From: Omnitrophica bacterium GWA2_41_15
GTDB taxonomy: Bacteria > Omnitrophota > Gorgyraeia > Gygaellales > Profunditerraquicolaceae
DNA length: 64,000 nucleotides
NCBI GenBank assembly: GCA_919901915.1
Contig: CAKKQB010000013.1
Location: 64,192-128,191, forward strand
Reading direction: 5' to 3'
Numbering within the stretch: the first letter of the stretch is position 1; each line of letters starts with the position of its first letter. Made by a program: the position numbers and the translations under genes. The notes under the pieces were generated by a model. It saw only the letters and a list, made by a program, of their open reading frames with translations. It did no database searches and was not told the DNA's origin. Of this stretch, positions 1 to 8,255 are shown piece by piece.

Positions 1-1933
1 CTTTCGCTTTTTCTCTTATCTGCTTGTTCCAGAAAAATCTTTTTTTGCTTAAAAGAGTTAGGTAAGGAGAGGCCTCTTTGAAACAAACTTCTTCTATAAG
101 AGACATGTTCTCTAAAAGCGCGTTATTTTCCTTAACAGAAAAAAGCAATTCAACCGCCTCTTTTCTTGCCCCCTCACTTTTAGACAAAGCTTCTAACGCC
201 TGCCTCTTCAACAAAGGTGTACCTTTCTCTAAGGAAAGAATCGTAAATTTTTCATCAATCGCGCTTAATTTCTGCATCGCCTTCAATACTTCTATCTTTA
301 TAAACTCATTAGAAAACGAAAAAATATTCTTAAGCGCTTCTATGGCCAAGGCCAAATCAACTGTTTTCAAGCCATCTATAATCCCTAGCATAAATCCTAC
401 ATCAGTATTCTTTTTCTCTAAATTCCCATAAAAAATGTCCTTATGCCCGGGAAAAAACTTAAAAAATAATTTCAAGGCATAAGCGCTAACCTTACCTTCA
501 TTAAATATTTTATCCAGATAAAATTCAACCCCCATAGAGGATTTTTCCAGGGTATCCGCGAAATACTCCAAGTCAGAAGACAGTGGTTCGGCCTCCCCTT
601 GCCGAAGCCGCAAGTCAGAGGACAGTGGTTCGGCCGGCTCCCAAAACAGATTTTCTATTATTTTTGTAACGCGCGTATCCAAGACATCAAGAAAACGGCT
701 TAAATACGGTTTTTGTTTTCTTCCGTCTTTCAAAGCGCCACACAGATATTTAAGATATTGATAATCCTTTACCTTAACTATCTCGGGGAGCTCTTGAGAA
801 ATTTTTTCTATAATCTGCTCGGCCTTTTCAGAGTTTTCCTCTTGCGCGAACATACTCAACAAAATCAAACGGTAATTTTTTTGCAAAATTCCACGGTCAA
901 AAGAAAAAGCTCCCCCGGAAGAAATATCATTAAGCATAGCGCTAATCCTGCCGCGATAAACCTCTGAATCAAGAGAGGCATTGGGTTGGGCCAATAATTC
1001 CTGTATCTTTTTTATTGCTTTAGGATTCTGTTTTAAAGAATCTTTATTGAATGAATCTGTTAAAAAAAGTGAAGCGATGCCCTCCTGCATTTTTTCATCC
1101 GTGAAACGGGAAAATAACTCCAAACTTAAATTATCAAAATTTTCATCTTTTAATATTCCGCTCCAAAGCGCTCCCGCGAAGTCCTCTTCGCTCAAATGTC
1201 TAAAGAATACCTTAATTTTATCTATATTTTCTCCCCCTAAAACATCTTTATGCCTTAAAACTGACCTGAACATCGCGCTAATACAGGTTCTAAATCTTTC
1301 CTGATCATGTTTTTTAAGATAATCTAAAAAGGCCGTCACGCTCTGCCTTAGCTCTTCGTCATTAAGTAAATCATCCGCCTTAAACCTTAGAGCTATCTTT
1401 TCAAAATTATCCGCGAACACGCTTACCTTCTCTGAATCGCCCGAGCCTATTGCCTGAGCGACTAAATATTCCCATACATCCCTAATTTCTTCTCCCTCAT
1501 CTTTTAAAAATTGCGAATAATCCAACTCTTCAATAGATACATGCGCGATATTCTCCTTTTTTAGAATGCCCCCAAGGCCGCCTTGTTTAAAAACTTCTCG
1601 AACAGGTAAAGCTAAGCCGGCAAGAAAATATCTCAATTCCTCAACCGTAGCGCCTTGTTCTATCTGAATACTTCTCAATTTACGACGGTGAAAAATCATG
1701 GCTAATTCAACGCAAAACCCCATTTTCTGCCAATACCTTGAGTCCAAAAACAAAGAATTGGGAGTAACGCCTATTTTTATCGGGTTTAAAAAACCAAACA
1801 CCAAATCAGCGTTTTTTTTAAATTTTTCCACGGAATCTATAAAATAGGGGTGTGTTCCAGAATAAGAGGAGGCATTGTTTATAGCTATACGCAGGCTTTT
1901 AAGAAAATCATTTAAGACTTCTTCTTTATTCAT
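1..1933 (-). CDS. hypothetical protein, partial (C-terminus lies beyond window start); helical HEAT-like repeats in distal part
   Basis: Absent from ORF track because no stop falls in the window. Manual translation from ATG 1933..1931 (MNKEEVLNDFLKSLRIAINNASSYSGTHPYFIDSVEKF...) stays open for 644 codons to base 2. Only short low-complexity + ORFs oppose it. Confidence 0.6.
   Translation of the reverse strand, partial: MNKEEVLNDFLKSLRIAINNASSYSGTHPYFIDSVEKFKKNADLVFGFLNPIKIGVTPNSLFLDSRYWQKMGFCVELAMIFHRRKLRSIQIEQGATVEELRYFLAGLALPVREVFKQGGLGGILKKENIAHVSIEELDYSQFLKDEGEEIRDVWEYLVAQAIGSGDSEKVSVFADNFEKIALRFKADDLLNDEELRQSVTAFLDYLKKHDQERFRTCISAMFRSVLRHKDVLGGENIDKIKVFFRHLSEEDFAGALWSGILKDENFDNLSLELFSRFTDEKMQEGIASLFLTDSFNKDSLKQNPKAIKKIQELLAQPNASLDSEVYRGRISAMLNDISSGGAFSFDRGILQKNYRLILLSMFAQEENSEKAEQIIEKISQELPEIVKVKDYQYLKYLCGALKDGRKQKPYLSRFLDVLDTRVTKIIENLFWEPAEPLSSDLRLRQGEAEPLSSDLEYFADTLEKSSMGVEFYLDKIFNEGKVSAYALKLFFKFFPGHKDIFYGNLEKKNTDVGFMLGIIDGLKTVDLALAIEALKNIFSFSNEFIKIEVLKAMQKLSAIDEKFTILSLEKGTPLLKRQALEALSKSEGARKEAVELLFSVKENNALLENMSLIEEVCFKEASPYLTLLSKKRFFWNKQIREKAK
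570..635. repeat. intragenic palindromic element (E-type), two half-sites AAGTCAGARGACAGTGGTTCGGCC flanking TTGCCGAAGCCGC
   Basis: Direct 24-nt repeat at 570-593 and 612-635, in frame (AEPLSSDL twice). Its reverse complement closely matches 9768-9810, and the same modules recur more loosely at 35597-35658. Confidence 0.8.
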
Positions 1934-2066
1934 CGTACATTAGCAACTTGAACCCGGATTTTGCAATAGAAACGACATTCGCCGGCAAATCGGTTTCGGC
2001 TATAGGAAGCCGAACCATAGCCTTGTGGCTAAAAGAGCGCATCTTCATCATTTTAACAGGAACCGG

Positions 2067-2109
2067 AATAAGTGTAGAAACGAGGCACTGCCTCGTCTCT
2101 ACACTTATT
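2067..2109. repeat. GC-rich palindromic hairpin (GTAGAGACG type)
   Basis: aataagtgtagaaacgaggca / c / tgcctcgtctctacacttatt, 21-nt arms with 1 mismatch. Related cores at 10019-10046 and 22869-22897. Confidence 0.8.
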
Positions 2110-2145
2110 TCTGGCGCACCCTTCACATTATTTACAAAAGAACCA

Positions 2146-2376
2146 TTATTTTTGGGCTTTAATTTTCTCGATATTTATATCTTTACCTCTTAAATACTCA
2201 AAGGCCTTAGCTACTTCCTCTTCATCTCCCTCTAAGCCAAGTATAGCCCAACCGGAATACATAGAGAATGACGCCTCAAATATATTCAAGTTAATATTAA
2301 AACTTTTACACAAATAACAAATTATAGACTCATCCTTTAAATTGCCGGGAAAGGTTAACCCAATCAATACTTTCAT
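2146..2376 (-). CDS. small NIL/ACT-like domain protein
   Basis: 76 aa. The pattern LTFPGNLKDESIICYLCKSFNINLNIFEASF...GWAILGLEGDEEEV resembles NIL-domain proteins. RBS GGAG lies in gattacggagatttttagATG. Confidence 0.5.
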   Translation of the reverse strand: MKVLIGLTFPGNLKDESIICYLCKSFNINLNIFEASFSMYSGWAILGLEGDEEEVAKAFEYLRGKDINIEKIKAQK

Positions 2377-2401
2377 CTAAAAATCTCCGTAATCGATTCC
2401 A

Positions 2402-4114
2402 CTAAGCCTCCTCTGTTACCCGCAATACTTCATCTGGCGTCGTAGAGCCATTCTTGATTTTCTCTATGCCATCTTCGTATATGGTACGCGAACCTAAGAT
2501 TATCGCCTTTTTCTGAATTTCACGGCCAGGCATTTTAGCAACAACCATACTCTTAAGTTCATCATTCATCACCAGAAACTCAAAAATACCGATACGGCCA
2601 AAATATCCAGTATTCTTACAATTCTGACAGCCCTTTCCGCGATAAAATTCACCCTTATAATCTAATTTTAAATCACGCAACATCTCGTCAGAAGGCATAT
2701 AGCTTTCCTTACATTTAGGACAAATTACCCGCACTAACCTCTGCGCTAATATTCCAGTAACAGAAGTGGCAATTAAAAATGGCTCAATGCCCATATCCAA
2801 GAGCCGGGTCAGAGAACTAACGGCATCATTGGTATGCAGTGTAGAAAGCACTAAGTGCCCTGTTAAAGATGCCTGGATAGCAATCTCGGCAGTCTCTTTG
2901 TCGCGAATTTCACCTACCATTATTATATCCGGGTCCTGGCGCAAAATATTACGCAACCCATTAGCAAAAGTCAGGCCCGCAAGGGGATTAACCTGCGTTT
3001 GACGAATAAGAGGAACATCATATTCTACGGGATCCTCAATGGTAATGATATTTTTTTCTATGCTATTTATTACAGATAAGGCGGCGTAGAGGGTCGTGGT
3101 CTTACCTGAGCCAGTCGGCCCGGTAACTAAAATTATTCCATTGGGCCTTGTGATTAACTTTTCAAAGCCCTTTAGGTCTTTATCGGAAAAACCCAATTGG
3201 CTTAAACCTAAAATCACGTTGGATTTATCCAAAATTCTTAAAACTATATTTTCTCCGTTAATCGTAGGAAAAGAAGAAACCCTTAAATCAAGATTCTTGT
3301 TTTCCATCTTAATCTGAATCCGGCCATCTTGGGGCCTGCGCGTCTCAGCTATATCCATTCTCGCCATCACCTTAACACGCGAAACAAAAGCGCCCTGAAG
3401 GTATTTGGGAAGCTGCTGGGCCTCATGCAAAATTCCGTCAATGCGATAACGAATAAGTATCTTGCCTTGGGCTGGTTCAATATGGATATCGCTGGCGCGG
3501 TCTTTAACTGCCTGCATAATAATTAAATTTACTAATTTTATAACCGGCGCCTCCTCGGTAATATCAACTAATCCCTCGGGAACAAGCTTCTCTGCGCCTG
3601 TTGAAAAAGGAGACAAACCTTTAGGGCCTTTCGCCTGAACAGATAATTTTTCTTCGGTTAAATCTTCTATTAATTTTTTGACATCCCCTGCTGCCCCATA
3701 ATACTGGTCAATCATTTTTTCGATTGCCCCGGGTGAAGCCAGCATCGGCTCAATTACGTCTATACCGCTACTTTTTCTTATTTCATCTAACACCATAATG
3801 TTATGAGGATCTGCCATTGCCACTGTAAGAGAATTACCGATTTTAAATAAAGGCATGGCCTTGAATCTTTTTGCCATTGCCTCCGGAATAAATTTTATTA
3901 TCGCGGAATCAATCAAATAATCCGCCAAATCTATAAATGGAACACCTATTGAACCAGCCCATGCCTTCAAAATATCCACTTCGGAAATAAATCCCAGGCG
4001 TTCCAGGGCCTTCTCTAAAAGAAGACCTGTTTTTGCCGCCTCTTCCTGACCCTGGACAAGCTGCTCTCGCGTAATTATGCCTTCCTGAATAAGAAAATCA
4101 ACGCTTGCGCTCAT
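2402..4114 (-). CDS. pilB: type IV pilus assembly ATPase PilB (GspE family)
   Basis: 570 aa. N-terminal T2SSE_N-like domain, Walker A GPTGSGKTTT, Asp/His boxes, C-terminal CxxC...CxxC zinc motif (CPKCK...CQNCKNTG). RBS AAGGAG before the ATG. Confidence 0.92.
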   Translation of the reverse strand: MSASVDFLIQEGIITREQLVQGQEEAAKTGLLLEKALERLGFISEVDILKAWAGSIGVPFIDLADYLIDSAIIKFIPEAMAKRFKAMPLFKIGNSLTVAMADPHNIMVLDEIRKSSGIDVIEPMLASPGAIEKMIDQYYGAAGDVKKLIEDLTEEKLSVQAKGPKGLSPFSTGAEKLVPEGLVDITEEAPVIKLVNLIIMQAVKDRASDIHIEPAQGKILIRYRIDGILHEAQQLPKYLQGAFVSRVKVMARMDIAETRRPQDGRIQIKMENKNLDLRVSSFPTINGENIVLRILDKSNVILGLSQLGFSDKDLKGFEKLITRPNGIILVTGPTGSGKTTTLYAALSVINSIEKNIITIEDPVEYDVPLIRQTQVNPLAGLTFANGLRNILRQDPDIIMVGEIRDKETAEIAIQASLTGHLVLSTLHTNDAVSSLTRLLDMGIEPFLIATSVTGILAQRLVRVICPKCKESYMPSDEMLRDLKLDYKGEFYRGKGCQNCKNTGYFGRIGIFEFLVMNDELKSMVVAKMPGREIQKKAIILGSRTIYEDGIEKIKNGSTTPDEVLRVTEEA

Positions 4115-4132
4115 AACTGATACTCCTTCATT

Positions 4133-6085
4133 TTAAAGACGCGAACGTACAAATTTTGAGATAATTTTTTTATCTTTAGTTTTTAAATTTATAAATTCAA
4201 GGCCCAGCTTATATTCTTTAACGCCAATTCCCGGTGCCTCTTCTATATATTTTATCCAGGCCACATCCGCCATAACACAAAAAGGCTTTACTTTAGGAAA
4301 TTTCAATTTAACCTGTATCCGGCTGTCTGTTTCTATCTTTCTCTTAGCTATAAAACAAATTCCGCCTTCAGAGATATCAATAGTTTGAGAAGATTCTATC
4401 TCTTCCCCGGGCAATAAAATCTCAATATCCGCTTTATAAAAAATCCTGCGAAAACGCCTCTTTTCTAAGCCAACGCGTATCTTCTTAATATTGATACTGC
4501 TTATAAGCCGCGAAGCAGGAAGAGATTGAGATTTAGAATCATACGGCAATACTCCTAAATTTATAAAAACATTCTCTAAATTCTGTGCCGCGAAATATTT
4601 TCTTATTCTATTCTTGAGTAAATCGCAAAATTTTACGGCCACCTCTTCTCCTGCCTTTAAAAGCAGGATACCAATTTCTCCTTCTTTATAATTCTCTAAG
4701 CATACCCGCGGGGAACAGGCAGATATATCCCCCGCGCCTAATTTCTCAAATGTTTCCTCAAAAAATACCTTTAAATTACCAAGTAACCCTATGGAGTCAA
4801 TATTGAATTCTTTCTGGAATTGCGCGTAATTAACAATCAGCAAATTAACCAAATAAACAGGCAGGCTTTCTTCCGCTAAATTATTAATCTTATCCCTGAT
4901 ATCCTTGCTTAATATTTTATCCGTATAAAATCTGGGCAGGGTAAAATAAAATTTACTGCCCACGCCCAATTCAGATTCAACCCAAATCTCTCCACCGTGT
5001 TTTTCTATCAATTCTTTCGTGATAAAAAGCCCCAACCCGACTCCTTTTCTCTTTACTTGAGATTCACTGGCAAGCTGAATAAACTTATTAAATATTTTAG
5101 GTAAATCTTGTTTGGCTATCCCAATACCCGTGTCCATAACAACTACTCTAACCTTATCCTCCAAAATTCTGACTTCAATCCTAATCTTTCCGTTTTGTTC
5201 GGTAAACTTTATAGCGTTATTAACTAAGTTCGCGATAACCTGATTTATTCTTCCGGCATCTATAAATATATTTATTTCTTGGCCCTGAGGCAAATCATAC
5301 TCCAAACCTACGCCCTTTTGCTCTGCCAATTTTTTAAAAAACGCGAAAGAATCCATTAGTAAATCGCTAAGATTAACTAACGAATAACGCATTTTAATCT
5401 TACCTCTTTCAAATCTAGAAATATCAAGCAGTTCTTCTATTATATCATTTAGGCGCGCTATATTATTTTTTGCCTTCGTAAGTATTTCTTTCTGCTTAGA
5501 AATTAATGGGCCCGCAACCTCATCGATAAGAAGCATTACCGCGTCTTTAATAATCGCTAGTGGTGTCCTAATCTCATGAGAAACAACAGAAACAAATTCA
5601 GACTTCATTCTATTTAATTCTTCCAATCCTTCTATTTTTTTGCAAATCAACGCCTTTTCTTCTCTCAAGCGCTCAAATTGCATGCGCTGGGTAATATCCC
5701 TGGTAATACCAATAAGGCCGACAATCTTACCTTTATTGTCGTATCTGGGTATCTTGGTTGTTGACGCGTAATTATCAACGCCGTCTACCCGTGTAGCCCT
5801 TTCAATTTTATCAATTATAGGCTTACCGGTCGTCATAACATGCAAATCATCCTTAGCCATTTCCCGCGCCCGTTCCCGGGGAAAAATATCAAAATCCGTT
5901 TTCCCAACTACCTCTTCGGGCTTAAGGCCCAAGCCCTTAGCATGGGTCTGATTAACCATAATCAGCCTCCCCCGGGTATCTTTAAAGTAAATAACATCCG
6001 GCACCATATCCATAAGATCGGAAAGAAGTTTATACTTATTCTCTAACTCTTTATATTTCTTTTGTAACTCTTTAAAATTATTCAT
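4133..6085 (-). CDS. sensor histidine kinase: PAS - HisKA - HATPase_c - degenerate GGDEF-like region - PilZ
   Basis: 650 aa. H-box SHEIRTPL; G-boxes DTGIGI and GVGLGL; C-terminal PilZ motifs RRFRR and DISEGG. The intervening about 130 aa are GGDEF-like, with KEGEIG in place of GGDEF. Confidence 0.85.
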   Translation of the reverse strand: MNNFKELQKKYKELENKYKLLSDLMDMVPDVIYFKDTRGRLIMVNQTHAKGLGLKPEEVVGKTDFDIFPRERAREMAKDDLHVMTTGKPIIDKIERATRVDGVDNYASTTKIPRYDNKGKIVGLIGITRDITQRMQFERLREEKALICKKIEGLEELNRMKSEFVSVVSHEIRTPLAIIKDAVMLLIDEVAGPLISKQKEILTKAKNNIARLNDIIEELLDISRFERGKIKMRYSLVNLSDLLMDSFAFFKKLAEQKGVGLEYDLPQGQEINIFIDAGRINQVIANLVNNAIKFTEQNGKIRIEVRILEDKVRVVVMDTGIGIAKQDLPKIFNKFIQLASESQVKRKGVGLGLFITKELIEKHGGEIWVESELGVGSKFYFTLPRFYTDKILSKDIRDKINNLAEESLPVYLVNLLIVNYAQFQKEFNIDSIGLLGNLKVFFEETFEKLGAGDISACSPRVCLENYKEGEIGILLLKAGEEVAVKFCDLLKNRIRKYFAAQNLENVFINLGVLPYDSKSQSLPASRLISSINIKKIRVGLEKRRFRRIFYKADIEILLPGEEIESSQTIDISEGGICFIAKRKIETDSRIQVKLKFPKVKPFCVMADVAWIKYIEEAPGIGVKEYKLGLEFINLKTKDKKIISKFVRSRL

Positions 6086-6122
6086 AAAAAAGATTTTTCC
6101 GTAAATAGGGACTGCCCGACTG

Positions 6123-6215
6123 GACCCCGGCTTCCGCCGGGGTGACGAGCTAACATTGTCATTCCCTCGGTCAGCCTCATTACCATCGTCGTCATTCCGG
6201 CGAAAGCCGGAATCC
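6123..6215. repeat. cluster of GC-rich capped hairpins (GACCCCGGCTTCCGCCGGGGTGAC and GTCATTCCGGCGAAAGCCGGAATCC)
   Basis: Hairpins at 6123-6146 and 6191-6215. The same two modules recur together at 56161-56218. Confidence 0.8.
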
Positions 6216-6298
6216 AGAAAGAAATCTTGTCCACCTCGTAGGCGCGCGCTTATCTTTACTCGTATTCACCTACCAGGTGGACTCTGGTTCCCTAAATG

Positions 6299-6670
6299 CT
6301 AACCAAGTAACTGGCGAATCTTCTCTAATAACACGTGGGCATCAAAAGGTTTAGTAATATAAACGTCGGCGCGCACATCTTTAGCTATTTCTTTATCAGA
6401 TTCATCAGCGCGCGCGGTAAAAATAATAATTGGAATATTTTTATATTTCTCGTCAAACTTTAGCAACCGGCATACTTTATAACCGTCCATTTTAGGAAGC
6501 ATTAAATCTAATATAATAAGGTCTGGATTCTCTTTTTTCGCTTTCTCTAAACCCTCCAGGCCATCCCCCGCGGAAATAACCTCATAATCATTAGCCTCTA
6601 ACCGCAGGCTGACAGTTTCAACCAAATCACTCTCATCTTCAATAATCAATATTCTCTTTTTACTCATCAC
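6299..6670 (-). CDS. stand-alone response regulator receiver (CheY-like)
   Basis: 123 aa. Acidic pocket IIEDE, phospho-acceptor in LIILDLMLP, conserved T (FTA) and K (TKPF). Confidence 0.9.
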   Translation of the reverse strand: MMSKKRILIIEDESDLVETVSLRLEANDYEVISAGDGLEGLEKAKKENPDLIILDLMLPKMDGYKVCRLLKFDEKYKNIPIIIFTARADESDKEIAKDVRADVYITKPFDAHVLLEKIRQLLG

Positions 6671-6691
6671 ACGATACCTCCCTTAAAAATT

Positions 6692-6768
6692 TGGTGACGG
6701 CGGGTGGATTTGGACCACCGACTTAACGGGTATGAGCCGTTTGCTCTACCAGACTGAGCTACGCCGCC
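6692..6768 (-). tRNA. tRNA with CAU anticodon (elongator Met, or Ile2 if lysidine-modified)
   Basis: 77 nt: GGCGGCG TA GCTC AGTCTGGTA GAGC A AACGG CTCATAC CCGTT AAGTC GGTGG TCCAAAT CCACC CGCCGTC A CCA. The cloverleaf folds by hand and CCA is encoded. The anticodon stem lacks the three G-C pairs of an initiator. Confidence 0.85.
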
Positions 6769-6775
6769 TTAATCC

Positions 6776-7264
6776 TTACTGTTCCAAGATAAGTTCAATA
6801 TTTCTAGAGCCGTTATTCAAAATAACCCTGTCAAGCTTTATATCAACTACAGTATGGACGCCAATCTTATCTCCCACTTTTACAATATTATCATTTATTA
6901 TCGCCAAAGAAGCTTTTTTATCACAAATTATACCCATAAGTTTTAAGCCAATTATTTCTTCGTCGCAAAAATAAGTCTTACCGCTAAAAGGGCATCTTCC
7001 CTGAACATGTCCTTTGTCCGGCGGCGATTGCCTCGCGGTCCGTGGCTCCTCCGAGAAGCGGGTAAAACTAGGAACCTGCTTGTCTAACGGGTTAATTATC
7101 GCGGATACACCAGGATTTGTTCCGTTAAGAGGTTCTTTTCTCATGGAAGGAACGGCATTGGTCAAGGACCTTTTCTTAATCACCTTTAGGGTATTTCCCC
7201 AGGCAAAAATAAAAACCAGAATTAACACTCCTGTAATAATTATTTTTACGCGTTCCTTATCCAT
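6776..7264 (-). CDS. membrane-anchored PilP/GspC-like pilus assembly protein (putative)
   Basis: 162 aa. N-terminal TM segment, proline-rich linker, C-terminal beta-domain pattern LKLMGII...ASLAIINDNIVKVGDKIGVHTVVDIKLDRVIL. Positioned after pilO. Confidence 0.4.
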   Translation of the reverse strand: MDKERVKIIITGVLILVFIFAWGNTLKVIKKRSLTNAVPSMRKEPLNGTNPGVSAIINPLDKQVPSFTRFSEEPRTARQSPPDKGHVQGRCPFSGKTYFCDEEIIGLKLMGIICDKKASLAIINDNIVKVGDKIGVHTVVDIKLDRVILNNGSRNIELILEQ

Positions 7265-7284
7265 ATTGTCACAAAAAGAGTATT

Positions 7285-7429
7285 ATAGTTTCCACTGAAA
7301 AAGTGGAAACTATATGATTACAACGATTAAAAAATAGATTACAGTGATTAATGTCCGACGAGAAAAAATCTCCGTAATCTTTTTAAAATCTCCGTAATCA
7401 AGTTACTGCTGGGTTTTTCAGCAGTAACT
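7285..7429. repeat. intergenic region with two perfect hairpins and duplicated SD-like 15-mer
   Basis: Hairpins tatagtttccac/gtggaaactata (7285-7314) and agttactgctg/cagcagtaact (7401-7429). AAAATCTCCGTAATC occurs at 7365-7379 and 7385-7399, and again at 2380-2394. Confidence 0.7.
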
Positions 7430-7430
7430 A

Positions 7431-7991
7431 TTATGGAACCTTTTTAAACAAATAAACAGAAATTTGCAAAACAGCTTCTAAACAAATTTGACCTTCCCCC
7501 GCGCCCTGAATCTTAAGCTCTCTTATCCTTACAAGAAACACGGGATTATTCCTTAAAATATCTAAATATCTATTTATGGCTATAAATTCACCTGCCAAAT
7601 TAAAAGTTATAGGCAACTCTTCTATATCATAACCCGAAACAGGAGTTTCTATTGGGCGCCTGCTCGAACTGCTAAGATTTTTAATTTCGATATTTAAATT
7701 CTTTGCTGTCTCGGATAGATTATTTATTACTATTTCTTCCTTATTAAGCAGTTGGCTTTCAATTTTATTCAGTTGCGCTCCCATACCATTTAATGCTTCC
7801 CCTACATCCTTGCCCTGAAGAATACCTTTTATTTCTAAAATCTGGCTATCAGCATCCTTCAATTGATTCTTTATCAAAGCAAACCTCCGTATCTGGGGAG
7901 AATAAACAAACTGCCAGAACAAAAACAAAAACACCGCCGCGGCTACAGCAAAATAAATAATTTTCCTCTGTTCTTTGTTTAACACTATCAT
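7431..7991 (-). CDS. pilO: type IV pilus assembly protein PilO-like
   Basis: 186 aa. One N-terminal TM segment, a coiled coil, a C-terminal alpha/beta domain. Positioned after the pilM-pilN fusion. Confidence 0.6.
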   Translation of the reverse strand: MIVLNKEQRKIIYFAVAAAVFLFLFWQFVYSPQIRRFALIKNQLKDADSQILEIKGILQGKDVGEALNGMGAQLNKIESQLLNKEEIVINNLSETAKNLNIEIKNLSSSSRRPIETPVSGYDIEELPITFNLAGEFIAINRYLDILRNNPVFLVRIRELKIQGAGEGQICLEAVLQISVYLFKKVP

Positions 7992-8024
7992 AGCAATATT
8001 AATTTAACACGAATTCTCATGGGG

Positions 8025-8197
8025 CTGTTGCGAAATGCCATTTTTCGTCATTCCGGCGAAAACCGGAATCCAGAACTCTTTGATTTTAATAGACTTATGG
8101 ATACCGGCGACCGAGGGCGAAATGACCGAGGAAGTGTCGGAGCCTAACTGGGCTCGACCTTTCGCCAATATGACGATTTTAATGTATTTTGCAACAG
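8025..8197. mobile_element. MITE-like element, copy 1 (173 bp, inverted ends CTGTTGCGAAAT...ATTTTGCAACAG)
   Basis: Near-identical to 51992-52164 along its full length. It has an internal GTCATTCCGGCGAAAACCGGAATCC hairpin. The + ORF 8035..8259 (MPFFVIPAKTGIQ...) is its translation. Confidence 0.75.
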
Positions 8198-8207
8198 CCC
8201 CCTCATG

Positions 8208-8255
8208 GATTTATCCGTGTTTATCCGTGTTCTTTTATCCGTGTCAATCCGTGTT
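8208..8255. repeat. B-type array: four TATCCGTGT motifs
   Basis: ggatttatccgtgtttatccgtgttcttttatccgtgtcaatccgtgtt lies directly 3' of the pilM-pilN stop. Same unit order as 14690-14736. Confidence 0.85.

Noticed and set aside
6692-6768. The tRNA-CAU as an initiator tRNA, or as an integration hotspot for a mobile island.
   Set aside because: The 1:72 pair is G-C and the anticodon stem lacks the three consecutive G-C pairs of initiators. No integrase, direct repeat of the tRNA 3' end, or compositional break was seen next to it.
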